Assembly (NCBI GenBank): GCA_947171615.1
Contig: CAMVYG010000001.1
Location: 1 to 63,326 of the forward strand
Length of the DNA stretch: 63,326 nt
Direction: 5' to 3'
Origin: an uncultured Clostridia bacterium
GTDB taxonomy: Bacteria; Bacillota; Clostridia; Oscillospirales; Acutalibacteraceae
Shown: piece by piece, positions 42,901 through 54,900 of the stretch
Layout: each line of letters starts with the position of its first letter
Numbering within the stretch: the first letter of the stretch is position 1
Position numbers and translations under genes: made by a program
The notes under the pieces: generated by a model
What the model was told of the DNA's origin: nothing
Database searches by the model: none
Seen by the model: the letters and a program-made list of their open reading frames with translations, nothing else

Positions 42901-45900
42901 TTATTGATCGTCGGCCGGAATGGGATAATACTTTTTGACGTCGGTGGGATAATCCCTCGCCTTGCTGTTCATGTTTCCAATCAGGAAACCACGATCCAGC
43001 GCGTTTACCGTACCATCCTCATTGAAGTCACAGAGTCTGACAATTTCTCTTTCTTGGTCTGTGAATCCCGGCAGATTTACGGACATGTTGTAGTGCGAAA
43101 CCAGAATCTCCATATCGCTGTTGTCAACGACCTGGTCACCATTGATATCGCCGCCGATCAAACGGAGATCAAAGGTATAGGTGTGGCTTTCGCTTCCCAG
43201 ATCCAGCGAATAGACATTTCTGTTGGGACGGAGCTTGCGGGCGTTGTAGGTAATGTAACCGTCACGCTCCACCACAATATAGTACTTGCCCTGGCTGTAC
43301 TTACCGGCGTTCAGGATATTCGGGATCTCAAACGCACCGCCGTATTCACTGGTTTCGGTGACGTAATCAGGTTCAGACACGAAGTCGCCGTTGTTATCCA
43401 CCTTGGCCGTTTCGGCATCGTACAGAAGGACCTTGGCCACACCGGTACGGCTTCTTCTGTCGATATGGCTCAGTTCGCCGTTCTCCAGCGGACGGATACC
43501 AATACAGCCGCGCAGCGTGCTCTGTCCTACTACCTGACGAACCTTGATCCTGACAGGCTCCTTCACATGATCCGCAGTCAGCACCACCCAGGCCTCGTAC
43601 ACGCCGTCCGCCAGGTTTGCCGCGGGACGGATCTCCACGGTACCCTGCTCGGGAAGCTGTACCTTCAGGTTGGTGTGGCTGGGCTGTTCGGCTATGATCT
43701 CTCTGCTTTCCTCGTCAGACTGGCTTCCATCCGCGTTCAGCTTGTAGGTCTTCACTGTAATGTTTTCCAGATCTCCCGTTCCGATATTCTCGTAGGGGAA
43801 GATCACATGGCTGAGCTGGCTGTAGCCTACCTGCAGGCCGGAAAGCTGATACTCATAGTGCAGAAGCTTGCCGTTTGTAGAAACTTCCTTCAGGAAGGGC
43901 TTTCCGTTGTCGTCCTCATTTACCACACCCAGTACATAACTGGTAACCGGGCTTTCATCATCCTGAATGAAGATATCACTGTAGCCGGAGCCCTCGATCA
44001 CATAGCAGTAACCCGCGTCGGAGCTTTCAATATCCATCTCCAGACGAACCACCATATGACCCTGGGTCTTATCGGTATTCCGCAGCCGCAGACGAATGGA
44101 CTTTCTGGACTCCGTCAAACCGAAGGTGTAGGTCTCGTACTCTTTTCCGCTGTCGAAGCCAAAGGTCTCCTTGGCCGCCTCCAGCGCGTCTCCGGTCAGC
44201 TCAATGGGCTCTCCGTCTTCACCCAGGATCAGGTTTCCGAACTCATCGGACTGATAGTATCTGGGCGTGACCCGGACAGTAGCGCTTGCCTTCTTGCTGC
44301 CCACCTTGTTGATATCGAAGGGCAGAAGCGTTCCTTCGCTGTCGTATTGCTTTTCCTCGTAGGAATAGTTGCTTCTCGCGAAGCCGTATCTGGCCAGCTC
44401 AAAGTCTCCCACGGTAGTCAACACCACGTGACCCTCGCTGTATCTTCTCACATCGTCCGGGCGCTTGTAGAAGGACCACAGGTAATAGGTTTGCCCAGGA
44501 ACCAGCTGAGAAGCGGTAAATCTCTGGTCTCCGCTCTTCCTGATGGGAATATTGCGGTTGGTGCTTTCGGAATAGGCAATGACGTAACCCTCCGGGAATT
44601 CGCTTTCATCGTTCACAAAGTTGGGATGGAAATCGCTGGGCGGCTCTGTAACCAGAAGCACACCGACCTCATCGAACTGTTCGTAAACGCCCAGATTTAC
44701 CTCAATGGTACCGGCGATCTCGGAGTTGTCAACGCTTCCCTCATAGTCGTACAGCTTATAGACATAGTACTTGGTTTTGCCGTTTTCCACTCTGGTGGTA
44801 TAGGCCTTGTCGCTGTCAGGCAGCGGATCCTCGAAGATGATATCGTTGGGATCATAGCAGTGCTTATACTTCTCAATGATAGCATCAATGGTGTAATCCT
44901 CGACCTGATAGTGCTCGTATTCCTTCTGGGCGGTATCGATCCACCGGAAGGCCTTCTGGCTGCGGATCTTGGTATAGGGAGCAGGACGGATCACAAAGCT
45001 GACGGTCTGCACTGATTCGTTGCCGCCGAACTTCGCAACCACCTTGACAAAATAGGTGTTTTCCGCATCCGTAGGCTTCAGATCCACAGTGGGGATCACC
45101 TGGGTGCTGTCCTTTTCATCCTTTACCAGCCAGGAGCAAATGCCCTCGTCCAGCGCATAGTCCAGCTCAGCCCAGTAACGGGTCTCTTTGTTTTCTTCCT
45201 TCATGAGCTTATCGGGCGCTGTAGCGATCCGGGCGTTGTACTGCTCTTCTGTAATGGCAACATACTTGACCACGGGAGGCGCTACTCTGGCAACGGCCAG
45301 ATTCATGCCTGCCTCTGTCAGCTTGCCGCCTGTTACATACTTGGAGTTACCGGCGTCATCACCCAGAAGCTCTTTGGCCTTGGCCACCGGATCGGCATGA
45401 CCCTCTGTGACCAGGATCCTGTACAGCTCGTCGTAGTTGCTGGTGCCAAAGGCCGCCTGATATTCCTCAGGCATTACCAGCAGCGCAACCTTGGTCAGAT
45501 CGGTAGAAGCCGATCCATCGCTTGCCGCCGTTGCAACGGTCTTGACCAGATCGTCCTTGAGGTAGTACTCACCGTTCTCCAGCAGGATGTGGGTATCGCC
45601 TACCACCTTGCATTCCGCCAGGTTCCGGTTGACGATCAGCTTGAGATCGTCAGTGGTTCTCTCGGTTCTGGTATCGCTGTCGGACGCCCACATCTCCATG
45701 GAGCTGTACACGCCGGTAGACAGGCCGCTGGCATCAAAGGTAATGGGATAGAGATTTTCTCTCTTCACGGCGTCTTCCTGTCTGGCAGGCATCTTCCCGG
45801 TAAGCTTGGGAGCGTTGCCGGGGATCTTGGCAATGGAGCCGCCCACAGCAGGTATCGTGCCGCTTTCTTCACGATAACCATCCGGATCCCAAGCCGCCAC

Positions 45901-48900
45901 GTTCACGTGGAAGTTCTTGTTATCCATACTGTTATCTACCAGAATATAGGGCTTGCCGCTTTCATCGGTTCTGATCTTTTCACCGTCGTTGTCATAATAA
46001 CGGTCTGCTTCCGCAGCCAGTTCAATGGAAGGACTCTTCTGGAAGGTGATATAGCCATTGTTTACCGGAGTATCCCAGCCGTTGACCGCATAGGCTGCCA
46101 GCTCGTCGCCCTTCCAGGCGCTGCTGTAGGTATCCAGCTTAGGTTCGGTATTATCACTGGTATACTCGTAGCGGTAACCGTCTCTGTTGACGATATACAC
46201 CTTGCCCAGTGCGAACTCCAATCCCTGGGTAGAACCGCTCAGGTTATCGGAAGAGGCTTTGCCTGTGGAACGAATTTCCTCCGCGTAGATATTGTACTCA
46301 TACAGCGTGCTCAAATTCGTCCAGATCGCTCTGGCAGCAGTCGTGCCCAGCTTCTGGCTGACCTTGGTTTCCACTGCCTTCTGCTTTGTACTGCCTCTGT
46401 CGTGGTACTTGAATTCGGGATCCCACTGGTCGATGGTCACCTCATGATAAATGGGATCGCCTTCCTCGTCCAGAACGGGCTCGCCGTCTTCACCGATCTC
46501 CTTCTCATAGGCCTTCAATACCAGGAAGTACTTCTGATACCGAGCGTTATAAGTGGTATCGAACCGCATCTCCACCTCGATCTGTCCGCTGGTCTCAGAG
46601 CCCTGAGCGCTGGCGTAGATCTGCCGGCTGCCGGCATGGAAGGTGGGATAGGTCATGGTTTCAGAGAACATATACTCATATTCATTTGTCAGCGTATCCA
46701 TCTTGACGCGCTTATCCGCATCTTCCGCCGCTGTGCTGGTGATAACATCGTAGTATTCCTTGCTGATAGCTACCCGGCTGCTGCCGACACCGGCAGAGTT
46801 CTCATAAGCGTAGCTGTATTTGCCCACAGAGTCTCCCAGGAAGTCGGATCTGACATGGGTAAACTCGTTGGTGCCCAGCTTTCTCTGGCCGATATACACA
46901 CCGTCAAGATAGAGGTGTATTCCCAGAATATCTCCGGAAGGCGCGTTCCAGCCCAGGGAAATGGGAGCAACAGGAGATTCCTGCTCCTCAAACCAGAAGC
47001 TGTCCTCCGGCGGAGCCGCCGGGCTCAGCAGAATGCTGGTAATATCATCGCTGTTCAGGCGGGTGCTGTAGCCGTCCTTGTTTCTGGCGACTACCTGCAA
47101 ATGGTACCACCGGCCGGGGGTCAATCCCTTGATCAGGAATGTGCCGTCAGGCTGCAGGGTGGACCAGCCGCCGCCGGGCTCATCGCTGTTGGCGATCTGC
47201 ATATTCGCCATGGAACTGCTGGTGGAGTAGTAAACCAGGTATTCCGTATCCTCCGGGTTTCCACTGGTGTTTACCTGCAGCGCCACGCTCTTGCTTGCAT
47301 AGTTGCCTTCCTCGTCCAGGGCTTCCGCTCCCAGCGTGCCGGGCATGTTCGCGTAGCTGTATACGGTGGACACCATGGCCTTGCTGACATTTCCTACACG
47401 GTCGCGGGCCTGCAGATATACAAAATACTGCTTGTTGGGCTCCAGAACGATCTCCGTTCCGTCCTCGGCCGTATAGCTGCCGGTGTAGGTGATGGTGTTG
47501 GAAGCGCTCCAGGCGCTCCACTTGCTGGCGTGCCTGTTGGCCGCGCCCTCCTGGGCGTCTGCAATGCAGAACCGATACGGCGCTTCCGCCAGGGCATCGT
47601 CGGCATCCTTTACGTTGTTTGCCACTGCGTTGATCACGTGCATTGTTTCAATGTGGTCAACTTCTCTTTCCACAAACACCGCGTCCACACGAATATTGCT
47701 GTGAATGCTGGGCAGTACATAGCTGGTTACCGCGCCTACGGAATACTGGTTAACCGGCTGCCCGTTCTCGATCTCCGTAATGGAGAGGGACTTTACTCTG
47801 TAGCCGTCCTTGGGACGAACCTTGATCAGAACATCTGTCCCCTCCGGAATAGCCGGAGCATAGAGGTTTTCATCATTTGCCTTCTTGAACACGATATCGC
47901 CGCCGCGGCTGACGCTGTTGGTGGCAGCATAGGTCTGGCGCTCAAAAATGGCCTGCAGCTCGCCGGAGGAACCGGAGTCTGTCAACGTGTACTTGTACTG
48001 GCGAAGCTCGCCGGGCATCTGATAGAAGCCTTCCGTTCCCATCACTTCTGTGGTGGTGGACTCACCATCCATGGTGGTGGTCAGATAGAGGTGGGCAAGC
48101 TTGTAGCCCAGATCCGGCGTGATGGTGAAGGTTCTGGCTCCGCCGATGGGAATAAAGACCTCATCGCCGCAAGCGTTGATCGTACCGTGGGTCTGGCCGT
48201 CTTCTGTGCTTTCGCCCACATATACCTTAAACTTGCGCTTGGCCTTGCTGAGTACATTGTACTTGATCTCTACCGCAATGCCGGGATCCTCTCCCTCGCC
48301 GGTAAAGGCAGGCACCGTGTACTGGTACAGGGAGGCGCCGCTCTGGAAATCTTCAGGCTGTGTGCCGTCGATCTTCAGAGATTCGCTGCCGTAGCCTTCT
48401 TCCGCGTCCATCTGAATATTGAGCACCGCGCCTACAGGAACCTCATAGGTGCCGTCGCCGTTATTTCTGATCTGTTCTTCCTCATCGCGGATGGTAGTTG
48501 TGCCGCAATCGGAGGAATCCAGACGCAGGGGGCGGGTCTCAATGGCTTCAAAGCCTACGAAGATATTGGTGTCTCCGTTTACCGTGATCTCATAGGTGCG
48601 CTGGTTGCTGCCGGGCACCTTGGTGAGTGTGCTTACATCGATGATCTCCTTATTTACCTGGAGGGAAGCAACACGGTAGAAGGGCAGGGGAGACATGGTG
48701 ATCAGCGCTTTTTCGCCGGGGATCACCTGGTTGGGCGTTACAGTGGCGCTTCCGAAGGAATCCAGCTCGTAAACCGACACATTATACATCAGTTCGAGCT
48801 CGGACTCGCCGGTTTCTCCCTCGTCCCCGGCCTCTGCCGTAAGGGCAATGTCCGTTTCAGGCTCATTCACCGACGCCGTTCTTGCCACTGCGTACTGTAC

Positions 48901-51900
48901 GGCAGCCAGGCTGCGGGTCATGGTCCGGTAAGAAGCCTTCTCCAGCTGGGTTTCGGGGAAGGTGACGGAAAGAACCGTATCCTTCTTCACATTGGTGATC
49001 TCCAGATATTCAATGCCGGTCTCTTCATTGGCTTGCAGCCGGCCGGTCATATCCTCGCCGTTATAGGTTACAGAACCCAGAATATGGCCATCTTCAGGAA
49101 GGAAGGTAAAGATCACGCTTCCGCCTGCGGGCACAGCCACTTCACGATCCAGCTGATTCACAACGCCGTTTTGCTCGGAATGAACCGCGCCGGCCTTGGT
49201 ATCATAATCCAGGCTGATGACATACTCGTTGAGAACATCTGTCATCACGGAGGTGGCGGTCAGGGTAGGCCCGTTGGTCTCCGGCGGGGTATTATCGATA
49301 CAAACCAGCATGTTTTGCTCGTAAATCGATTCATTGCCGGCCTTATCAACCGCTCTGACCTTTACATTGTACTTACCGCTCTTATCGAACTCAATGGAAG
49401 CGGAGGTCTGGGTCAGATCGCCCAGCTTGATCCAGGTCTTGCCGCCGTCGATGGAGTACTGGTACTCCGCGGTGTCCGCGTTGGTATCTGTAGCGCCGTG
49501 GGCTTCAATACTTACGGACTTGGTCCAGATACCGGAGAAGTACGGAGAACCGTCCGCCATATTGGTAAAGCTGACTTCCAGTCCGGTGGGAGCGGTTTTA
49601 TCAATGGTGAACCGCACCGTTCTGGTCTCGCTGACATTGCCGGAGCCGTTGACTACAGCGCCGGTGACTTCATAAACACCGTCATGGGTATAGGTCAGCG
49701 CCTGGGCGGCAGACATGGTGGCGTCTACAGGCATTTTATCCATGCCGTTTGCCAGCAGCTGGTCGTCTGTCCACCATTCCTTATCGGTCTTTCTGGCCTT
49801 ATACTTTACTGTGTAGCGGATATCGGCAGTACCGGTCATATCCGCCTTGCCGTAGTAATCCTGATAATACTCCTGGCCGCCGGCGTTCAGCTGCAGATCG
49901 CCATTGCTGTCCATAATGAACTTGGCTTTTCTGGGCGTGAACTGCACTGTTACATTGGTAGCGGAGTAGAATTCCAGAGCGCTGGTCTGCTCATCGGTCT
50001 TGCCTGCCTCGATGGCTGTCTTATATCCGTTTTCGTTACTGATGTAAGCCACATTCTGGTTCATCATGTTGGTAACGGAAATTTCGGGAGGCATGGGCTG
50101 GGAAACCGACAGCTTGATATCGGTGATCCTGGTCTTGGTCGTCTGGTTTGCCGTGGTCTCTGTAGACATACCGGTCTGGTTATCATAGGCGAAGACCGCG
50201 ATATTCAGAGAATCCGTAGGCGTATCGGGCAGCTTGCGCATGGCGCTCTTACCGATCTTCACCCTGCCGCCGATAGCGGGCAATGTCTGGGTAGCCGCCT
50301 TTGCGGAGCTGACCTTTGTGAGCCGTCCGTCCGATTCCATTCTGTACCAGGCGGTTTCAACGCCGTTTTTCACATCATAGAAGTAGTAACCGTAGCCCTT
50401 GAGCACGCCCTCGTTATCCTTGGAGCCGCCTACGCTGACCACCACAAAGCGGTCGTCGTTGGTTACATCCAGATAGGTGCTGGCGGCGTAATCGATCAGC
50501 TCGTCGGAGCCGGGCACCTGGGTGCCGGTGGTAACTACCTGGGAGGAGGGGGGATTCACGTCCTTCGCCAGCAGGATAGAACGGGCGGACTGGTCGGGAA
50601 TAAAGTCCTTATCCGTTTTGCCTGCCGCCGCCGTGGCCGCAGAAATACCCCAGGTTTTCTCGGTAAGCTGGAACTTGATGTGCTTATCGATGCCTCCATA
50701 CTTCTTTATGAAGTCATAAGAAACCTCCCACTTGCCGCCCTCGCTGCCGGTGGTACCGTTTCCGATATTGCCGGTAGGCGTAGGCGCCTGTACGCACCGC
50801 AATGCCACCTCGCCCTTATAGGTATAGTTATTACCGGACTTGGTAAGCTGGGTGTAGCCGGTATCCTTATCGGTTCCGTCCACGCCCATTTCAGTCAGGT
50901 TGATGGCCCAGGAGGGGGTAAAGTAGTTGCCCTGGGGATGGGTGCTGACACGCTCGATGGTCACCGTGCGGTGAGGCGAGTTGGGGTCGCTGGCCGTATC
51001 ATACATGGTGGTGGGTGCCAGGATCATAGCGCTCTGGGGAGCGTAGGTAATGGACACGCCCTCCGTGGCGTTGGCCTGGCACACATCGCTGACCGCGCCG
51101 TTGGTGGCTACATACTTATAGCCCGTTACCTTGCCGTTTGAGTCCTTTACGGCAACCCGGCGGGTGGCGGTATCTGTTACCCGCTGGTAAATGGTCAATA
51201 CGGAGTTGGTGGGCAGCGTATCGTAACCGGTGAGACTCTTCAATGTCATTCCATCGGGAGAGGTAGTGCTCCACCCGCTTTCCTTGGGAATGACCAGCGA
51301 GCTGCCGGACTTCATCAGGAACTGATACTTCCATTCCGTCTTCACAATACCGCTGAGCTTTGTACCGTCGGTATCGATATAGGGACCCTCAGGACAGTCA
51401 GGGTCATAGGCAACGTCTGCGATCTGCAGATACTTCGTGCCGCCCTGGTCCACGATATTCGCGGCAAACTGAGCCTGAGGCTTCTGGTTGATTACGAAAT
51501 CAAAGACCGCGTTGTCCGGATCCAGCGTATTGTTCTTAATATCCTCTTCCGAGGGAGCGAAGTAATAGGTGTAACGCCCCGGCAAGGTGATATCGGTGTT
51601 CAGCGCGTCGGAAAGCTTTCCGCTGCGGATATCCACCTCATCGCCCATGCCCTTGGGATCGTGCACCATATACCAGCGCCCGGCAGGGAAGTCCGGGTTG
51701 GCGGAAGATTCCGCACGCTCCGGGGGATATACGGTAAAGTGCAGGTTGGAAACATTATCCAGGGTATAGGACATGCCCTTTTCAATGCCGCCGCCCGGGG
51801 AAACCTGATCCTTGATGGGAGGCGCGCCGGAAGAGGCGTCAAAGCCCAACTCTGCATAATACTGCTGGGTGATATAAGTGGCAATATCCGTAAATTCCTG

Positions 51901-54900
51901 AGCCGTTCCCTGATTCGCGCCAATGCTCGACACGTTTTCATACATGCCGTATTTGGCGATCTCATCGGCGGTAGCGTTCTGCCCCGCCATACGCTTCAGG
52001 AAGTTGATAACGGTGGTGCGCTCCTGAGAGATGCCCCAGCCAATATAGCGGGCCTTATCGTTATTCAGACGCCACTGGATCTGAGAGGTCAGAGCCGGGT
52101 CGTGGAAGTCCTGCTGAGCGTCGTTGGTCACGTTCAGGATGAACCGGGCTTTTCCTTCGCCCCAGGAAGGCTCTGTTACCACTTCAGACAGGGTCTTGGC
52201 CACGTTGCAGTACAGGGTCACGTTGCTGAAGGTAACGCGGGTCTCACGGTCACAGCTGTGGCTGCTATAGCCAATAGCGGGACCAAAGCCGTAGCAATCG
52301 GAATCCCGGTAGGGGTTTGAGGCATTGGTGGTATCACCGATGGTGTAGCCGTCTACCGTGGGACGGGAAATAGGTATATTGGTCAATCCCGGCACCTTTC
52401 TGCCATGCCCCCGGAAATACTGCTGGGTAAAGTTTGAAGAACTCAAGGTGCCCTCAATCTGATACACCGTCACATCGGAGCCGGTCAGGTCGATCATAAA
52501 GTTCTGAATTGCCGCGCCAGTTCCGGTCAGATTGGCTGTGGCAACTGTTGAACCAATATTTCCACCGCCGCCGCAGTGCAGAGAGGTGACCGGCATATCG
52601 GTAAACTTCTGGATCTCCAGGCCACAGTTCTGCGTGCTTCCCGTGACATCCGTCAAGCCCCAGCTTCCTGCGCCCTGCCGAATCATCAGCCGGTAGCCGG
52701 AAACCACATAGGTTCCCGCCTTATTTTTCCGGATGGTGGTGTTGAACCAGAAGCCGGACTGAACATAGGTGTGGAAATTGCAGGCCGCCGTGTTCATGGT
52801 AAAGAGGATGGACTTTTTCGTCGGCTGGGTGAAATGGTAAAACAGCCAGTCGCTGTCCGGATTTTCACTGACGCCAGTAAACAGGATCTCGGACCAGTCT
52901 TTTCTGCTGCTCATATCGATGATATGACGGCGACGCTGCATACAGGCGCTTCCTCCGCTACTGGAGGGTTGGGATTCTCCGTTGTCGCCATTGTTGCGTG
53001 CATGCGCATCCGTATAAGCATGGACATATCCATTATCGTTGAGCGCTACATTTGTGCCGGTACGGGTGTCGTGGTCGTATACGTTCCAGTCGGTGATCTT
53101 CATGGCCCCTGTGCCGCTGGACAAACCGGAAATGTTGATCCACTCCGGCTTATAAATGGAATAGCCTGCGGTCTCTACCCTGTTGTAGGGACAAGAAGCT
53201 CCCTGGGTACAGGAACCGGTACCGCTGTCTGTCGCGTAGGTACAGGTATGGCTCTGCGTGTACAGGTAGGGGTTGAAGTTGGTTGCGCCGATGGTAGTGC
53301 TGCCGGAAGTACCGTAATACTTCTCGTTGATCATCTTTGCCGCCCGTATCTTCAGAGGCACGATGTTTCTTTCCGGCTCCAGGTTGGTATTACCCAGGGC
53401 CATGGCCACCTCGATGGGGTCATGAGAAAGAGTGGCAACGGTTTCCACTTCGCTGGCGGTACGCATATGTACCTCGTTGGAAACCATGGACTCATTGCCC
53501 AGGGAGTCTACCGCTTTGATCAGCAGGGAAATATAGTCGCTGTAACCCAGGCCGGTGAGGTTAATACCCACCTGATAGACAAAGCCTTCCTCCTGCGTGC
53601 AGCCCGCATCCTTATAGGTAGGAATGGTTTCGGTCACGTTATCAAATTTTACGATCTTCTTATCCGCCGCAACCGTACTGATATCCGTCCAGGTCAGGCC
53701 GCCGTTGGTGGAGAACTTAAAGCTCTTCAGCGCCTTGCCGGTCTGGGGCTTGGAGTAAGCAAACGCCCATACCTCGCTGTTGGTATACGTGCGGTTATCG
53801 TAAGCCTTAAAGGTGCTGTCTTCCCTCTTCGCAAGCCGTGCCACAGGGGAGTCGGGGGCAGTAAGGTCCACACGGAAGTAACCCTCTACCTCCTCGGAAA
53901 TGAACCCTGCCTTATCCTCTGCTCTGGCAATTACGCGATAGTAGCCGTCCTTGGCAACGACCAGCTCGGTCATGTTTTCCACAGGATTGCCCGCGTCATC
54001 CAGCTTGGTTTCCAGAGCGGTCCACTCCTTATAATCGCTTGCGCCGGGAGCGGTGGGCGTATAGGTCTGCAAAAGGCGCAGAACATCGCCGGTAGTGGTA
54101 AGGCTTGCCGGCACCTTATCTGTAGGCAGATAGTACATGCTGTAGCTGTACTGCTTGATGCCGGAACCGCCCTGGTCGTCGGAATCACCGATATTGATGG
54201 AAACCTGGGCGCTGCCGTTTTCGCTGGTGCCGCCCACGACCGCTTCTGATTCCAGAGACAGGTCGATCTCCGTGCCGCCGCTTTCAGCCACTACCTCAGG
54301 TCTGGAGGGCGGGGCGGAATCGATGATAAAGGGATCGGAATACGTTACGGCAGTATAGCCGGTGTACAGATCCGTGATTACCAGCTTGAACGCGCAGCGG
54401 TCGCTGTTGATAGGCGCTGTATTGCCCTCTACGCCGATATCCTCCAGGGTGGCGGGGATCTTGAAGTTCTTCCAGTCCTTTGTATAGGTGGTGGCTATTT
54501 CGCCTTCCTCGTCCGCCATTTCCTTGATATCGCTGTAATCGGAGATCATGTACCAAATGGAATGATCCTCTCCGTAAATCTCCTTGCCGTTTTCATCCGT
54601 TCCCGTCACTTCAAAGTCGCGGTTGGTGGTGAAGTAGATGTCGGCCTGGAGGGCGGGGCCGTTGTAGGTCCTGCCGTTAATTCCCTGATATTCGCCAACA
54701 CCCACGGCGTTGGTATCGTTAAAGGTGGTGAGCATGGAAAGGTTCATCAAGCCCTTACCGCCCTGATACACACTGGTGATACCGCCGATGTTGAAGGAGT
54801 TGATCTTTGGCTTCTGGTAGGAGAAGCTCAGCTCGCCGGTTTGCTTCGGCGCGTCTTCCCGGCCGTCTGTGCAGACGATACCGCGGATATCATAGGTTTC

